64,000 nucleotides of DNA from Camelus ferus (lineage: Eukaryota), in the NCBI RefSeq assembly GCF_009834535.1, contig NC_045696.1, positions 5,954,001 to 6,018,000 on the forward strand, read 5' to 3'. Made by a program: the position numbers and the translations under genes. Position 1 is the first letter of the stretch. Every line of letters begins with the position of its first letter. A model generated the notes under the pieces. It saw only the letters and a program-made list of their open reading frames with translations, was not told the origin of the DNA and did no database searches. This document shows, in pieces, positions 23,611 through 36,225 of this stretch.

Positions 23611-24585
23611 CTGGGGACAAACATCATTTGTAGCATCATGAGGTTTGATGGTTACCCCCATTCACAGAAAGGAACACTGAGGCTAAGGCAGGGGATGATA
23701 ACTTGTCCACACAAGTGGAGAAGGCAGGTTCCAGACCCGGGACTGTCTGCTCTCGCCGCCTCCCCCTTTCTCTCCATCTTCCCATACTTCCTTTTATTCT
23801 CGCAGAAGAGTTTTTTTTTTTTTAAGTACAAAGATAAACAGCCACTGTTTACCCAATGAGAGGCTTAGTAGCTTTCCTCTCTTTCGTGCCCAGTGGGTGA
23901 GTGGGTGCGGGCAGGAAACTGGATACAGGCAGGTGTTCTCTGCTTGGAGTCCTGTGCACACAGCGCCTGTGGGGACCCGGGCATTGTGAGGACTGGCTTG
24001 TGGGCAGGTGAAGAGGGTGAGGAGCCCGTGTCTCCCCAGGGCCCTGGTGGCATGAGGACGAGGAGAGGGCAGACACACGGGGGGCGCCACGGCACAGCTG
24101 GTGGTTCCTGTGCAGATTCTCCTGCCTGGTCTTTCATTTTTTGTCAACTCCTTTCAAGGGTGGTGGGAAAAGCAGGGCCTTAGGTTTCTAGCCTGATCCC
24201 ATGGATGTTAACATGTGAGGTTGGCATCAGCGAATTAACTCTCCCCGGGCATCACTTTCCTCACTTTTCAACAGAGATTGCAGTGCCTGCGTGCAGGCTC
24301 TTGGGGATATTAAGCTGATAACAAAGGTTAAGTGCCCAGGATGACGCTGGCAGCCACCGACCAAAGCATACATAGGTCTCCTGCCTTGGGGACATTTGAT
24401 TTTAATTATTAATGTTTTAGCATGTATATTTTCAACAAAGTCATCTATTTTTGTGTTCAAAAGATGGAAGCTTCTCCATCCTTCTGGAGACAAAGAGATC
24501 GGTTCCAGGTGGCTATGTGTCTCCTTTATTTGACATGAAAGATGGAGAAACATTGCTTTTTCCAGAATTTTTGAGATGGAAAGAT

Positions 24586-24606
24586 TGTGTGTGTGTGTGT
24601 GTGTGT
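24586..24606. repeat. (TG)n microsatellite
   Basis: Directly visible. Confidence 0.95.
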
Positions 24607-25678
24607 TTATAAATCTATATATGTGGAAAAGTTTAAAAAAAAGAAAAGAGGAAGGATTTTAGGTTTTCTAACTTTTCCATTTTTCAGAACTTGAACTCTT
24701 TTGGCCTTTCTTGGATTAGCTGTTCCTTCAAGGATCCCAGTAGAATCTAATTGGGGAATGAAAATCTGTGGGATGGACTTTAAAAAAGAATTGGGTTTCC
24801 TATTGGCATCTTTCCAGAGACCCCACAGCACTTCCTTAGTAACATTAAAGACCGAGTTTCGCGACTGTGTCCAGGTTCTCTAGCAGACAAGGCGATGATC
24901 TAGGGTGAGGCGTGGCCTCCTGCTGGTCATTTTCTGTTTCAGAGGTGGGGTGTCCCTCCCGTCCCGGGCTGCCCTCCCGGCCTGAACTCGGTCCACATAG
25001 TTAATGGGTCAAAGGGGACGGTATGGGGATGACAAGGCTTGTAGGTCTCTGCACACTCGTGGTGACTTTGCCACCATGCCATCACAGCAGGCGAGAGAGT
25101 GTGCTGTTCGGACAGGTTCAGAAACCAGAGTGCTGCCCTCAGTGTGGCGGAAGGCCTGGCGCACGGCCACCACATCCCCTTGCAGAGCCTTGGCGTTGCC
25201 AGTTCTGTTGGTCCCAGAGTGGACACCCATGAAGCTGACATCACCAGGCTTCCAGCTCAGGATTATAAGCTGCTGTCCTCCGAGATCTTACAGTCAACGC
25301 AGGTGGGCCAGACACCATGAAACAGCTCTCCCCGTGGGATTGTGCTGCGGGCCAGGCGGGATTAGGTGATTATTATAAGACTATGGGAATCAGAGGAGGG
25401 AGGACTGAAGGTCTGTTATCGGGGAAGGCTCCTGGGGAAGGCTGTGGACAGCTGAGATCTGAAGGGGGAAAGGGTCTGGAAAGGAAGGGAAAAGAGAGAG
25501 AGTTCCCAGCCCAGAAACCAGTAGAGGGAGAATTAGTGAGGGGAGCTGTGGACCAGACCCTGGGGACCTGGTTTCCAGTCCCAGCTCGTCCCTTGAGCTA
25601 GCTGAGTGAGCCTGGCCAGTCACTCAGTCTTTCATGGCCTGCTTCTTCATCTGCAAAACTGGAACACTGAGGTGTATA

Positions 25679-26162
25679 CAGGCACATCTCGGACAGACTG
25701 GGTTCAGTTCCAACCACCATGATAAAGCAAATATCACAAAAATGCAGGTCACACAAATTCCGGAGGGTCCCGATGCATGTAAAAATTATATTTACACTTT
25801 ACCGTAGTCTGTTCAGTGTGCAATAGATTTATGTCTAAAAAAAAATCTACATACCTTAATTCAAAAATACTTTATTGCTAAAAATGGCAGCCCTCATCTG
25901 AACCTTTAGTGTGTAGTAATCTTTTTGCAGTCTTGAAGATGACTGATCACAGATCACCGTAAAAAATAGAATGATCATGAAAAAGTTTGAAATATTTCGA
26001 GAATTACCAAAATGTGACACAGAGACAAGAAGTGAGCAAATCCTGTTGGAAAAATGGTGCCCATAGACTTGGCTCCAGGCCACAAACTTTCATTTGTTAA
26101 AACAAAGAAAAAAAAATGCAATATCTGCCTGCAAAGCACAATGTTATCACAAGTTCTGCTGG
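25679..26162 (-). mobile_element. Tigger1 internal-deletion derivative (TcMar-Tigger), TA-flanked
   Basis: Starts TA|caggcacatctcgga...ggttcagttcca.accacc.tgataaagcaaat; includes tgatcacagatcacc...gaattaccaaaatgtgacacagagaca...tgttggaaaaatggtgcc; ends with a degenerate TIR then TA. Confidence 0.85.
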
Positions 26163-26164
26163 TA

Positions 26165-26660
26165 CCCCAAATACTCGAAAACAGGGACTCAAACACTTAC
26201 ACATGAATGCTCACAGCAGCAGTCATTCACGATGGCCAAAAGGTGGAAACAACCCAAAGTCCATCAGTGAACAGAGTACACAAAACGTGGTATCCCATAC
26301 AATGGAATATTACTCAGCCAGAAAAAGAAACGAAGTTCTGATGTATCCTCCCATGTAGGCAAAGTGAGAGTGACAGACACAAAGGACCATGCAGTGTATG
26401 ACTCCAGATTCTGACACTATCTAGAGGAGGTAAAAACGCATAGGAACAGAGAGCAAGCTGTGGGTTGCCAGTGGCTGGGCGGAGGGAAGAGTGGGGGCGG
26501 CTGTATGCTGGGTGTGGGGTCTTCCTGGGGATGACATGCTTTGGAACGGGGTAGATCCATGCACAACATTGTGAATGGACCAGATGCCACTGACTTGTTT
26601 ACTTTAAAATGGTTACACTTTATGTTGTGTGAACTTCACCTCAATGATAATAAATAAAAG
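26165..26660 (+). mobile_element. Old L1M 3' end
   Basis: cagggactcaaaca...atggccaaaaggtggaaacaacccaaagtccatca...tacaatggaatattactcagcc...aatggtta.actttatgttgtgtgaacttcacctcaat. Confidence 0.85.
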
Positions 26661-29079
26661 AAGGAAAAAGTGGTGTATTGTACTAAATCCGAGCGTTTCC
26701 AACTTTGCTCTGAAGCCTGAAGAGCTCGGTGGAGAGGCCTCGGGTGCCCGCACAGGTGAGCGCGGGGTTCACCCGCATGTCCTCTCTCCTCTTCCACCAG
26801 CACAGTTCTGCGTTCAGTGTTTCATGCCCTGATTCCATGGATGACATCACCTGATGCTGACAGAGCTTTTCAAATGGAAAGAGGAGCTCGTCTCTCTGGT
26901 GTCTTTTCCAGACTGAAAATTCCATAATTCCTGTGGGAACAGGTGACTTGCCATTTTCCAGCATCACCGTGGTTTTGGGGGGCTTTGCTGAGAAGGTCCT
27001 AACGGGCCTTCCAAAACACGTTCTGCCCTCATGAGGCAGATGAAAATGACAAGAGTGACTGGTGTGGTGTCTTCAGAGAAATTCTGACCACAGGAGTTTC
27101 CAGGTGTCCTGGAGCTGACGTCCTAATGGGAAATTTGAGGACAGGATGGATCACAGGATCCACAGGGACTGTCACACTGCTAGCAAGGACAGTTCAAAGG
27201 CCTGAAGGTCAGCCACCTGACTCCATTCCCAGGCAACGCTCCCGGAACTTCTGTGCTCTCGTGGTAAAAAGAAGACAAGGTATCCAACCTCACAGAATTC
27301 ACCTGACTTTACTGGTGGATGCTGGGCCTAGCACAGCCCACAAGCACACAGGAATCCCCACGGAAATCAGTTCAATCTCTGTCCTAACATCTGTGGTTCT
27401 TAGGGACTTCCAGGGGTTGTACTGGGCATAAGTTTCAATCCTAATGAAAGTTTCCCATTTCAGCCCAGATTCAAAGTTGAAATTCAACTTTGGACCTAAA
27501 GAAACTCAGTCAGAACTTAAGATACTCTTAAACAAACTTGACTCAGGAAACTGAAAACATGTGTACACAGACTCACACGCAGAGATATTTAATGAGTTGA
27601 TGTTTCTAGACAGTCTTTAAAGGATGCTTTGTAGTCATGCGAGGATAACTCTCCCCACAGCGACGTTCTCTAACCGTCCCATAAACCGCGAGGGCTGGGA
27701 ACCTTGTGCATTGCGTCACCCCCCGTCCCTGAGCCACAGTAATAACGTGACTACTTCAGTGATGAATGAGCCCCAGTCCTTTCATATGTTGTTTGAGTAA
27801 ATGATAAAGGTAGCGATTAAGGTTTAATGGGATATGTTTGCAAAAGCTTTTTTAATAAAACCAATGTCAATACACACAATGAACAGTCTGTGTATGTATA
27901 TGCTCCAAGGTGGAGTCTAGGTTACTTTTATGGTAAACATATGGGAATTTGCTCTACTTAGATCTTTTTTCCCCTCCTAATGAAGTTTTTCATTAACCAA
28001 GGCTCTAACTTTGGTTGATCCACTCCTGTTGGATCAGAAATGAGAGCGGTGTCCCAGCAAAACATCCCTGCTCTTTAATACAAACAGAAAAGTAAAGGCA
28101 CTGGGTGAGAGTACTGAGATTGTACTTGAGGGTTTAAAAGAAAACCAAAGGTGAAAAGAAGCGCCTCTGAGAGCCCCTGCTTGATAACATTCTGCGTCGC
28201 GCTGCATTTCTGGGACACAACTGGGCTGATGAAAAGCTGCCTGGACTACAAATTCAAAGTTTTTTCTTCAGTTATCTCTAAGCTTTTGATCATTTGCGCT
28301 TTCTGAGTTTTCTTTGTTATAACTTGAATCGTTCCATATTCAGCAAATTTTCATAATAAATATAATACTATTATTCTGTGGCTTAAAAATAATTCCATGG
28401 TGTGTGAAACTTATAAGGACAATGTTTTCTACTTGGAGGATTTTCAATGAATAATCTTGGTTAATAATGTACCTTTAAATTCCGAGGACAACCTCACATA
28501 TCTGATTCTTGTAACCTACATTATTTCAATCAATACTGAGTCACATCTTGTAAAGGAGTTGAAAACACAAAAGACATTCAGGGCTTTGGAATCTTACAAT
28601 CTAGATACTTTCTCTGAAGCAAAGGAAATTAAATGGGCAATGCATTCTGGGCTTGATCAGTGGATGTGGACGAGGCCTGCCACGGGGTTCAGGGCGAGCA
28701 CAGGGCACTGACTCCTGGATGAAGGTGCTTCCCAAAGCCTGTTCTCTGTGCTCAAGTCAACAGGACAACTCCTGCCCACTTCCCCGCCTCCCGGAAGACA
28801 AAACGTATCTCAAGAGTCCAGTTAAAAGTAAGTCTGCATTTGGTTCTGTGTTTCACTGTCACACTGGAGAAATGCAAATACTGGAATAGAAAGTATCTTA
28901 CTCTCAGCCCTGGGGAGGGGGATGCTGGGACGTGGCGCCCACATCAGCACCCCCACCTGGACTCGCTCTTGTGCTGGTTGTCGTCTTCCCGCTGTGTTCC
29001 CTGGACCCGTGAGGGGAGATGCTTGTAGAAACTGTAAGTGGAGGTATTTTTGTTTTCTGGAAAAAGAACTACCATTTAC

Positions 29080-29455
29080 CTGCACCATAATATGCGAGGT
29101 GGAATTTACGGTTTCCCCCAGATCTCTTTCAAAGAATAGAATTTTCAGCTGGGCCCACGGCCACCTTGCAGCTCAGGGAAGACACGTGACTGATTCTGGC
29201 CAATGGGGTGACAGCGAGTCTGGCTGAGACGCCTGGAACCTTCCTGAGGCTTGGGACACAGATGCGGTGGCTAGGGCACCATCGGGGCCAGGAGACAAGG
29301 GCCTAACTGTAGGGGCGGCCAGTAGAAGGACAGGAGGGACTTGGTGGAGTGAAGCTGGGCTGCTTCTGCCAGTCTTTACAGAAGAAGGAAGCCTCCTTTC
29401 ATGCTGTTTAAACCCGTTACTTGGTTTCTCTGACAGGCTGATCCCAAATGGCAGG
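29080..29455. mobile_element. Old ERVL-type LTR relic (LTR16/LTR33-like)
   Basis: gaattttcagctgggccca...ccttgcagct...gtgactgattctggccaatggg...gaagctgggctgct...tgtttaaaccc pattern; family uncertain. Confidence 0.45.
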
Positions 29456-31814
29456 CTATGGACAGCCACTCACTGACTTTCGGATTTCTAACATTTAAAC
29501 CTTTTGGGGGCTAAACCGGGGGGCTGTCTTAAGAGCTAGGGGCGGCCCACTGGCAAGGTACCCAGAACGCAGGCGTCTAGGAAGGAGGGGCCTCCCCCGA
29601 CCCGGGTTCTCTGTCATGTGCGCCCCCGGCAGACCGCTTTGACCTTTTGTTGCAGTCTGCAAAGGGCCATCTCCTGGACCACTCAAGGGAAACTCGTTGA
29701 CATTTATGGTGTGTTTGTCACGTGCGAGGCACTGAGAACACCTCGGAGGCACTGCAAGGGGCCTGCTGGTGCCCAGACTCTTCCAAAAATAAAGGCGGGG
29801 AGGAGGGTGCAGAGCAGAACAGTTGCGGTAAACCTGGCCCACAGGGGATGTGGGAGTTCTTCTAAGAGTGAGTGACAACCCAAATTAGAGGAGCAGAGAA
29901 AAAAGAAGAAAAAGATGGGGGAGGGACCACGTCCGGGGAGATCCCGAGACACTCCCTTGCTAGCAGCGTCAAGGTTTTAACGCACCGGGTCCTTTGCTGG
30001 TCCTGCAGACTCATGGCGCATGCGTCTCCATCGCAGTGCTGGCTTGCGCATGTCCCGCGTTCCTCCTCCGGGCCCTGGGGCACGTGTCTTCCCTCCTCGG
30101 TGTCTCTGTTTCTGAGAGAAGAGAGAGAAGGAGGAGGGCTTTCTGTTCCCATCTGAAGACGCCTTGGATGCTCTCTAATTCCCTACACGGTCCCCATCCA
30201 CCAGGTTCCGGCCCCTCCCCCACCGGCGGGCCGGCCAGATGCAGCAGTCCGGGGGATGCACTGCCTCTGCCTTGCGCTCCTGCCCGGCAGGAGTGCTCCG
30301 TGCGCCCCGCTTATCGCCCCACCCTCACTCAGCTCCTCTTTGCTTCTCCTTCTGAGAAGGTCCTCTCCTCCCTGCCTGCGGAGGAGGGGCTGCCCCATCC
30401 CTGCGGTCCCAGCAGATCCAGGAGACCTGGGGACCTCCCCTTATAGAAGGGGACCCTTGGCCATAAAACCTCTGGATAATATGGAAATATAGAAAGTTTT
30501 GACCGATAGAGAGTGACCAAACTTTAAGATGACTTAATTATATTTTTTTAGTGCAGGATAAAGTCTAGGTTTTTTTTTTTTTTTTGTACCGACAGTATAA
30601 TAAAATGCTATGATTAAGAGCTGAATCATACTCATTTAAAATAAGTTTCTTTAGCAGAGCCAATTAGTGATGCTAAAATTACCTGCAGTGTTCTCCTTGA
30701 ATGACCAAGAGGTTGGAAACACGAAGTTCCCCGGTAGAATGAGACTCCCCGGGCTGTCCTTTAAGAGGAAAAATCCATTCTCAAAAAAGTGTATATACCC
30801 AACAGTGGGAAACGAAGATCAGTCTAAATGGTAGAAATGCTTCTCCATGTGGCTGGGGAGACAGAAGTCTCAGGAGTTTGCCTCAAAGATGGAGATGGGT
30901 ATTGGTTCTGCGAAGCTGGCGGAGGGCTGGCCTCGGCGGCTGGGACAGGAGCGAAGGGGCTATTTGCCTGGCTGGTTAGACGCATTACCTTGCTCTTGAG
31001 AAATAATGGAAATTACCCACTTAATCCTTGGCACACGGTGCTGATAATGTACCAATTAATGACTAATTAGGAAGGTTTTTCCAGAACATTAGGTTCTGGG
31101 AGAAAGCCTTATTGGAGACCTATCGCTTAAATCTCTTCTCTTTCTTCCTGTGGTTTTCAGCTCAGCAGGCTTCCCCAGCGACTGTGGCTTTGTTTACAAG
31201 ACTCCTGGGCCTCTCCACTCACTTACTTTGTGAAAGCAGCTGCTGAGAATCAGGCTGCGCTGACCCTGGCCATCCCCCAGCAGAGGGAGCAGACTGTTAG
31301 CACTGGTCTCCCCCCGGGAGAGGGGTCTGATTCCCTCCATCCCTGAATTCTTGAATGTGAAGCCCAGGTAAGCCAGAAAGGAATGGGAGAGGACGCTTTT
31401 TGGAAGACAGAGGAAGGGCCTGCTTTGGTTCCTTTGTTCCACTTCCTGCAGCTGGGATCCCAGCGGCCCCCATAGCTTCCTGGTTGGGAGGATGGAGATG
31501 GCTGGGGGAGGGTGGAGGCGAGGGTGTGGGCCCAGGCACAGTGATGAGGGGCCCCTGTGGACCCCAGGCAGGGAATGCAGAAAAGGGAAAGCTGAGTTTT
31601 TTCCAGCTTTGGGAAAGGGAGGAACAATGATGGATGACCAGTGACCAGCCGGCTATGGATGGGCAAGCACTTCCCGGGTCCTACAGAACCATCTTCCACG
31701 TGTTCACTCACTCCAGCGCAGTCCACAGAGCACCTGCTCCTGCCAGCCTCTGTCCGAGGCTCTGAGACACAGTAGTGACAAGGAAATTGCTGTCCTCATG
31801 GAGTTTCTAGTTTA

Positions 31815-32035
31815 AGATGGGATTTCTCCATTTCAGACTTACTGATATTTTGGGCCAAATCATTCTTTGCTGTGGATCTGACCTGAGGATCATAGAATGT
31901 TTAGCAACATCCCTGGCCTCTACCCAGATGCCTGTAGCATCTCCAGTCATTCGTGACAATCAAAAATGTTTCTGGACAGTGCCAACTGTCCCCAGGGTTG
32001 GAGGGGACACCATCTCCAGCTAGAACCATTGGTCT
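31815..32035 (-). mobile_element. MER20 relic
   Basis: actgatattttgggccaaatcattctttgctgtgg...aatgtttagcaacatccctggcctctacccagatgcc.gtagca...gtgacaatcaaaaatgtttct.gaca.tgccaa.tgtcccc. Confidence 0.85.
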
Positions 32036-32379
32036 AGTAGAAAAGCCAGATGATAAATAAAATGAATAAGTGAAAATACAGGCAGGTCTTATTGAGAAGT
32101 GACATTTGAACAAAGTCCCCGTGGAGGTGAGGGAAGAGGCAATGCCGGGCAAGTGCATTCAGGGTGAAGGGGTCTGAGGGAGGGATGTGCCTGGAGATCA
32201 CCAGCACAGCGTGGAGACTGGTCAGCTGGAGGAGAAGGTGGCAGATGAGCGCGTGGCCAAGAGACAGAGGCAACGGGCCTCGTGGTGCTGCGGAGGCTGG
32301 ACTTGACTCTGACGCACTGGGGCCGCGGAGAGATCAGCGGGGAGTGAAGGGACTTACCGCTCTGACCACGTGCAGGTCT

Positions 32380-32905
32380 GGGGTCGGGAGGCCAGGGCGG
32401 CTCAGCCCATTTCCCTGCCTCGGGTCTCCCGGGCTGACATCAAGGTGTTGACCTGAAGGGTTGTCATGGGGAGGCTCAGAAAACCCATTTCCAAGCTCTT
32501 CCAGGTTGTGAGCAGATCCCAGTTCCCTGCGGTTGTAGGACTGGGGTCCCGTTTCCTTGTGGCTGTCAGCTGGGGGCCGCCCTGAGCTCCTAGAGGCCTC
32601 TCTCTGCTCCTTGGACATGGTCCCTGCATCTCAGAGACAGGAAAGCCAGGACAAAGCCTTCTCATTGTTGGAATCTCTCTGACTCGCCATTGGCTGCTTG
32701 TCTCCTCTGCTTCCAGCCAGCCAAAGTTCTCTGCTCTCAAGGGCTCCTGCAGTTAGCCTGGGCTCACCTGGATAATCTAGAATAATCTCTCTATTTTAAA
32801 GTGTGAGACTTAATTACCCCTGAAGTGTGCCTTTTGCCGTGCAGCACAACATATTCACGGGTTTCGGGGTTAGGATGTGACATCTTTGGGGACCATTCTG
32901 CCGAA
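32380..32905 (-). mobile_element. MaLR MLT1 (MLT1E/F-like) LTR
   Basis: gctgacatcaaggtgttg...ccagttccctgcggttgtaggactggggtccc...ttctctgctctcaagggctc...cacctggataatctagaataatctc...ggggttaggatgtgacatctttggggaccattctg. Confidence 0.8.
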
Positions 32906-33894
32906 GGCAGCTCGGAAACAAAGGACGTGGTTTTATTTACCTGAGACGAGGCTTTTACAAAGTGAACCCTAAGGAGGGCTTGGCCGGTTGTGGCTCTCAG
33001 TGTTTTTGTTCATTCACACACCCCGGGACTGCGAGCTGCGTGCCAACAACAGTGAACACATACCGAGCTCTGTGGCTCCATGGGAGGCCAGGTGAGGAGG
33101 GCTCCCCTCACCACTCTGAGCCCAGGTTTCTGAAGAGGAAACTGAGGCTCTGAGAGATGGGCCCGTCTCATCTGACAGAGGGAGGCCGGATCAGCAACAC
33201 CTGTCTGCGCCAGGAAGCAGGTGTTCTTCTGTAAAATTTTCTTTCTGAGCAGCCCCCCAGGTTTTCATCCAAACCCACTGGGAGGGAGAGAAGAAGGGCA
33301 CCGGCTTGTGCCTCGCTAATGAAAACATGCCCTAAGGAGAGTCCAGGGGGCCCAAGAGGCCAAGAAAACACCCCAAGGCCAACATTCTGTCATTACTGAA
33401 ATGCTGGTGTGTTCAGAGGAAGGAAGGAATTTAAACAATGAGCAAAGTGCCAGGGCCTGTGGAGGAGCCAGTGGTGGATATGGTGCGTGGACATCAGAGA
33501 CAGGATGGAGAGGCTGGAAGGATGCAGGGCCCTGGAAGGGGTGCGGATGAGAAGAGACGAATGAAAGAAGCTGACCAGAGCCACACTGGGGACAGAAGGC
33601 AACATGTCGTGTCACCTATAAAGATGATGTGGGGCAATGTGCCATGGCAACCAGACCGAGAAAGGGCCAGGTGCAGGGAGGTGTGGGGAGTGGTGGGCGG
33701 GAGACTTGGTACAGTGCTTCTTCCTTCCTGTTTCAACCAGTTTCTTCCAACTGCCACCGTGGGAAGGCGCACCATTTAGGACGGAGAAGTGCCTTCAAAT
33801 GGCATGGATGTAAATATCCTCTGACCTCCCCAGAACCCAGGAAATTGTCAACGCTCAGCAGACATTGCCTCCTGCTTCCATTTATAAGAAATTT

Positions 33895-34350
33895 ATATTG
33901 GATTCCATTCATAGGAAGTTCTAGAAAAGGGAAGTCAAACTCAGTGTCAGAGATCCATTCAGCTGTTGCCAGGGGCTGGAAGTGGGATTGGCTGCAAAAG
34001 CATATGAGAAAAATTCTGAGGGGTGTTGGGGCCGGTCCATATATTTATTGTTGTGTTGATTACATGACTGTTTACATCTGTCAAACCTCATTGAACAGTA
34101 CAAACAAGATAGATGTATTTGACTAACTACTATATATAAAACAGATAAACAGCAAGGTCCTACTGTTTGGCATGGGGAACTATATTCAATAAATTGTAAT
34201 AGCCTATAACAAAAACGAATATGAAAAAGAATATATATCTGTATAACTGAACCCCTATGCTGTACACCAGAAATTAACACAACATTGTAAGCCATCAATA
34301 AAAAGTAAAATGAAAAACTAGATGCATTGTATTGTATGGAAATTATGTAT
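33895..34350 (+). mobile_element. Old L1M 3' end with a younger artiodactyl L1 3' tail inserted (~34121-34315)
   Basis: Young tail actactatatataaaacagataaacagcaaggtcctactg...gctgtacaccagaaattaacacaacattgtaa; approximate TSD tagatgtatt / tagatgcatt. Confidence 0.8.
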
Positions 34351-35288
34351 CTATAGTGTTGGTTGCAAAGGCAAAGCAGGGGTTGCCACAGCCCTCGCTT
34401 GGGAGAAGGGATTTGCAGTTGAATTCAGATCTTGCCATTGATTATCCTGCTGGGCCGGGGGCCAGTCACCGAGCCTCCACGTTCCTGCTTTTCCGTCATC
34501 AGGATGAAGTGGTAGCTCAGACCAAGTCCCGCGGGGCCGCAGACTCCCCGGTCATCACGCAGCTCTTAGAACTAACGACCGAGGGTGGTGTCCGTGCTGA
34601 GTAGCAGTCTTGCTCGTAATGATGGACTTGTTGAGTCAGGTGGCTATTAAGTTGCTGCCCAAGGAGAGATGCTGGATTAGATGGGGCTCCTGTGCTTTTT
34701 ATCTGATGCGGGTTGGTCTCTGCACAACAGCTGTCCTTTGAAGGATGAAGAGTAAGCAAGCGAAGTCAGGGAGAGAAGCGTTTCCTTTTAGACTCTGACA
34801 GTTCCAGTTCATGTCCTCTCGTTAATGGGCAGGGCGGGAGCTACACAGAGGGTTTCCGAAATGACCTAAGGCGGGTCTGGCCAAACTCCTTTAACTCCCT
34901 GATGCCTGTTTCCCTCCCCCCCGAACAATGGCCCGGGCAGGCAGGATGGTTGGAGCGTGTGCCCCACTCAGACTGATCTGGGTGTGAATCCCACCAGGAA
35001 GCAGCTGTATGAAGACGGGAAGAGCCAGAGGCACGAAGGTCAGAGGCTGTGCGTGCTCGTTTTGCCTTGGAGAGCATCCTGCTTCAGAGTCTTTACTTTG
35101 GTAGAATTAATTGAAACAGGATTAGCTTTTAAATAAGAAAAGCTTCTGTGGTCTATAGTGAGTTTTGTGTTATTACCTCCCTGCCTTGAATCTTTTTTTA
35201 AAAACTTTAATTTTCTTGCATCTTAAAAAAATTTTTTTTCTTCCAGTTTTATTGAGATATAATTGACATACAATACTGTATACGTTTT

Positions 35289-35412
35289 GGGGGGCGGGGA
35301 ATTAGGATTTATTTATTTATTTATTTATCTTTAATGGAGGCGCTGGGGACTGAACCCAGGACCTTGTGCTTGCTAGGCACGCATTCTACCACTGAGCTGT
35401 ACCTTCTCCCCC
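35289..35412 (-). mobile_element. Camelid tRNA-derived SINE
   Basis: aattaggatttatttattt...taatggaggcgctggggactgaacccaggacctt...ctaccactgagctgtacc. Confidence 0.9.
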
Positions 35413-35767
35413 TTCCCTTTGCCTTGGGTTTTAATGTTTTAAATATATTTTTCCCCACGAGAAAGTTTTGGTCAACTTTATCAGCTCTCGTTTGTGTGTG
35501 TCGTTTTGGAATGACTTTGATGGGCTAGAATGGTTAAAAAAAAAAGAGGTAAATAAATAAGATCCTTAATTTTCTTTGCACATAATCCCCCCTCCATACC
35601 TTATGTGTGTATAAATCCAGAATTTTGTATGTATTGATAAATCAACCTATTGAATGAGAGATGGATACAGCCAAGTACCTTTCTTAGCAAGGTGCCACTG
35701 ACTGACTCCAAGAGGGGCAAAAACACTGATAATTGCAGACAACATTAGTGGTAGAATATTTTCCTCT

Positions 35768-36225
35768 CTGCGGTCCTGAACCATTTATGCCCTGGACCTC
35801 TTTGGCAGTCTGTGAAACCAGTAGACCACCCTTCAGAATAAGGTTTTTAAGTGTATGGAATAAAACACATAGGTTATAAAGGAAATCAATTATATTAAGA
35901 TAAAATTGTCAAACAAATGAATTATAGAGCAACATATACTCTGTATCATAATGGGACCCATGGGGACTCACACCTGGGGTGATTCTGAAGTAGCGGTCGG
36001 CAGAAGTGATGTGTCGTGACGTCTGCAGTAAAGGTAACATGGGAGGGAGCAACCTGTGAACCTGTGGTTCGTCATGTTGTCAGGAACGCAGCGAGGACAA
36101 GCATACTGTGGTGGTTGTCTGCATGCCTATTGGGAGGAAATGATGAATTTCAGTTAGAGGCTAGTGAAAATAAAAATGTCATTTTTTCCCATTCATCTTC
36201 CTGGATCCAGGTAAGGATCCCCTCT
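35768..36225. mobile_element. MER119-like hAT-Charlie relic
   Basis: ggacctctttggcagtctgtgaa.cc...cccttcagaataa.gtttttaa.tg.at..aataaaa.acatagg.tataaaggaaa.caattatatt...gaggctagtgaaaataaa.atgt.attttttcccat. Confidence 0.7.
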
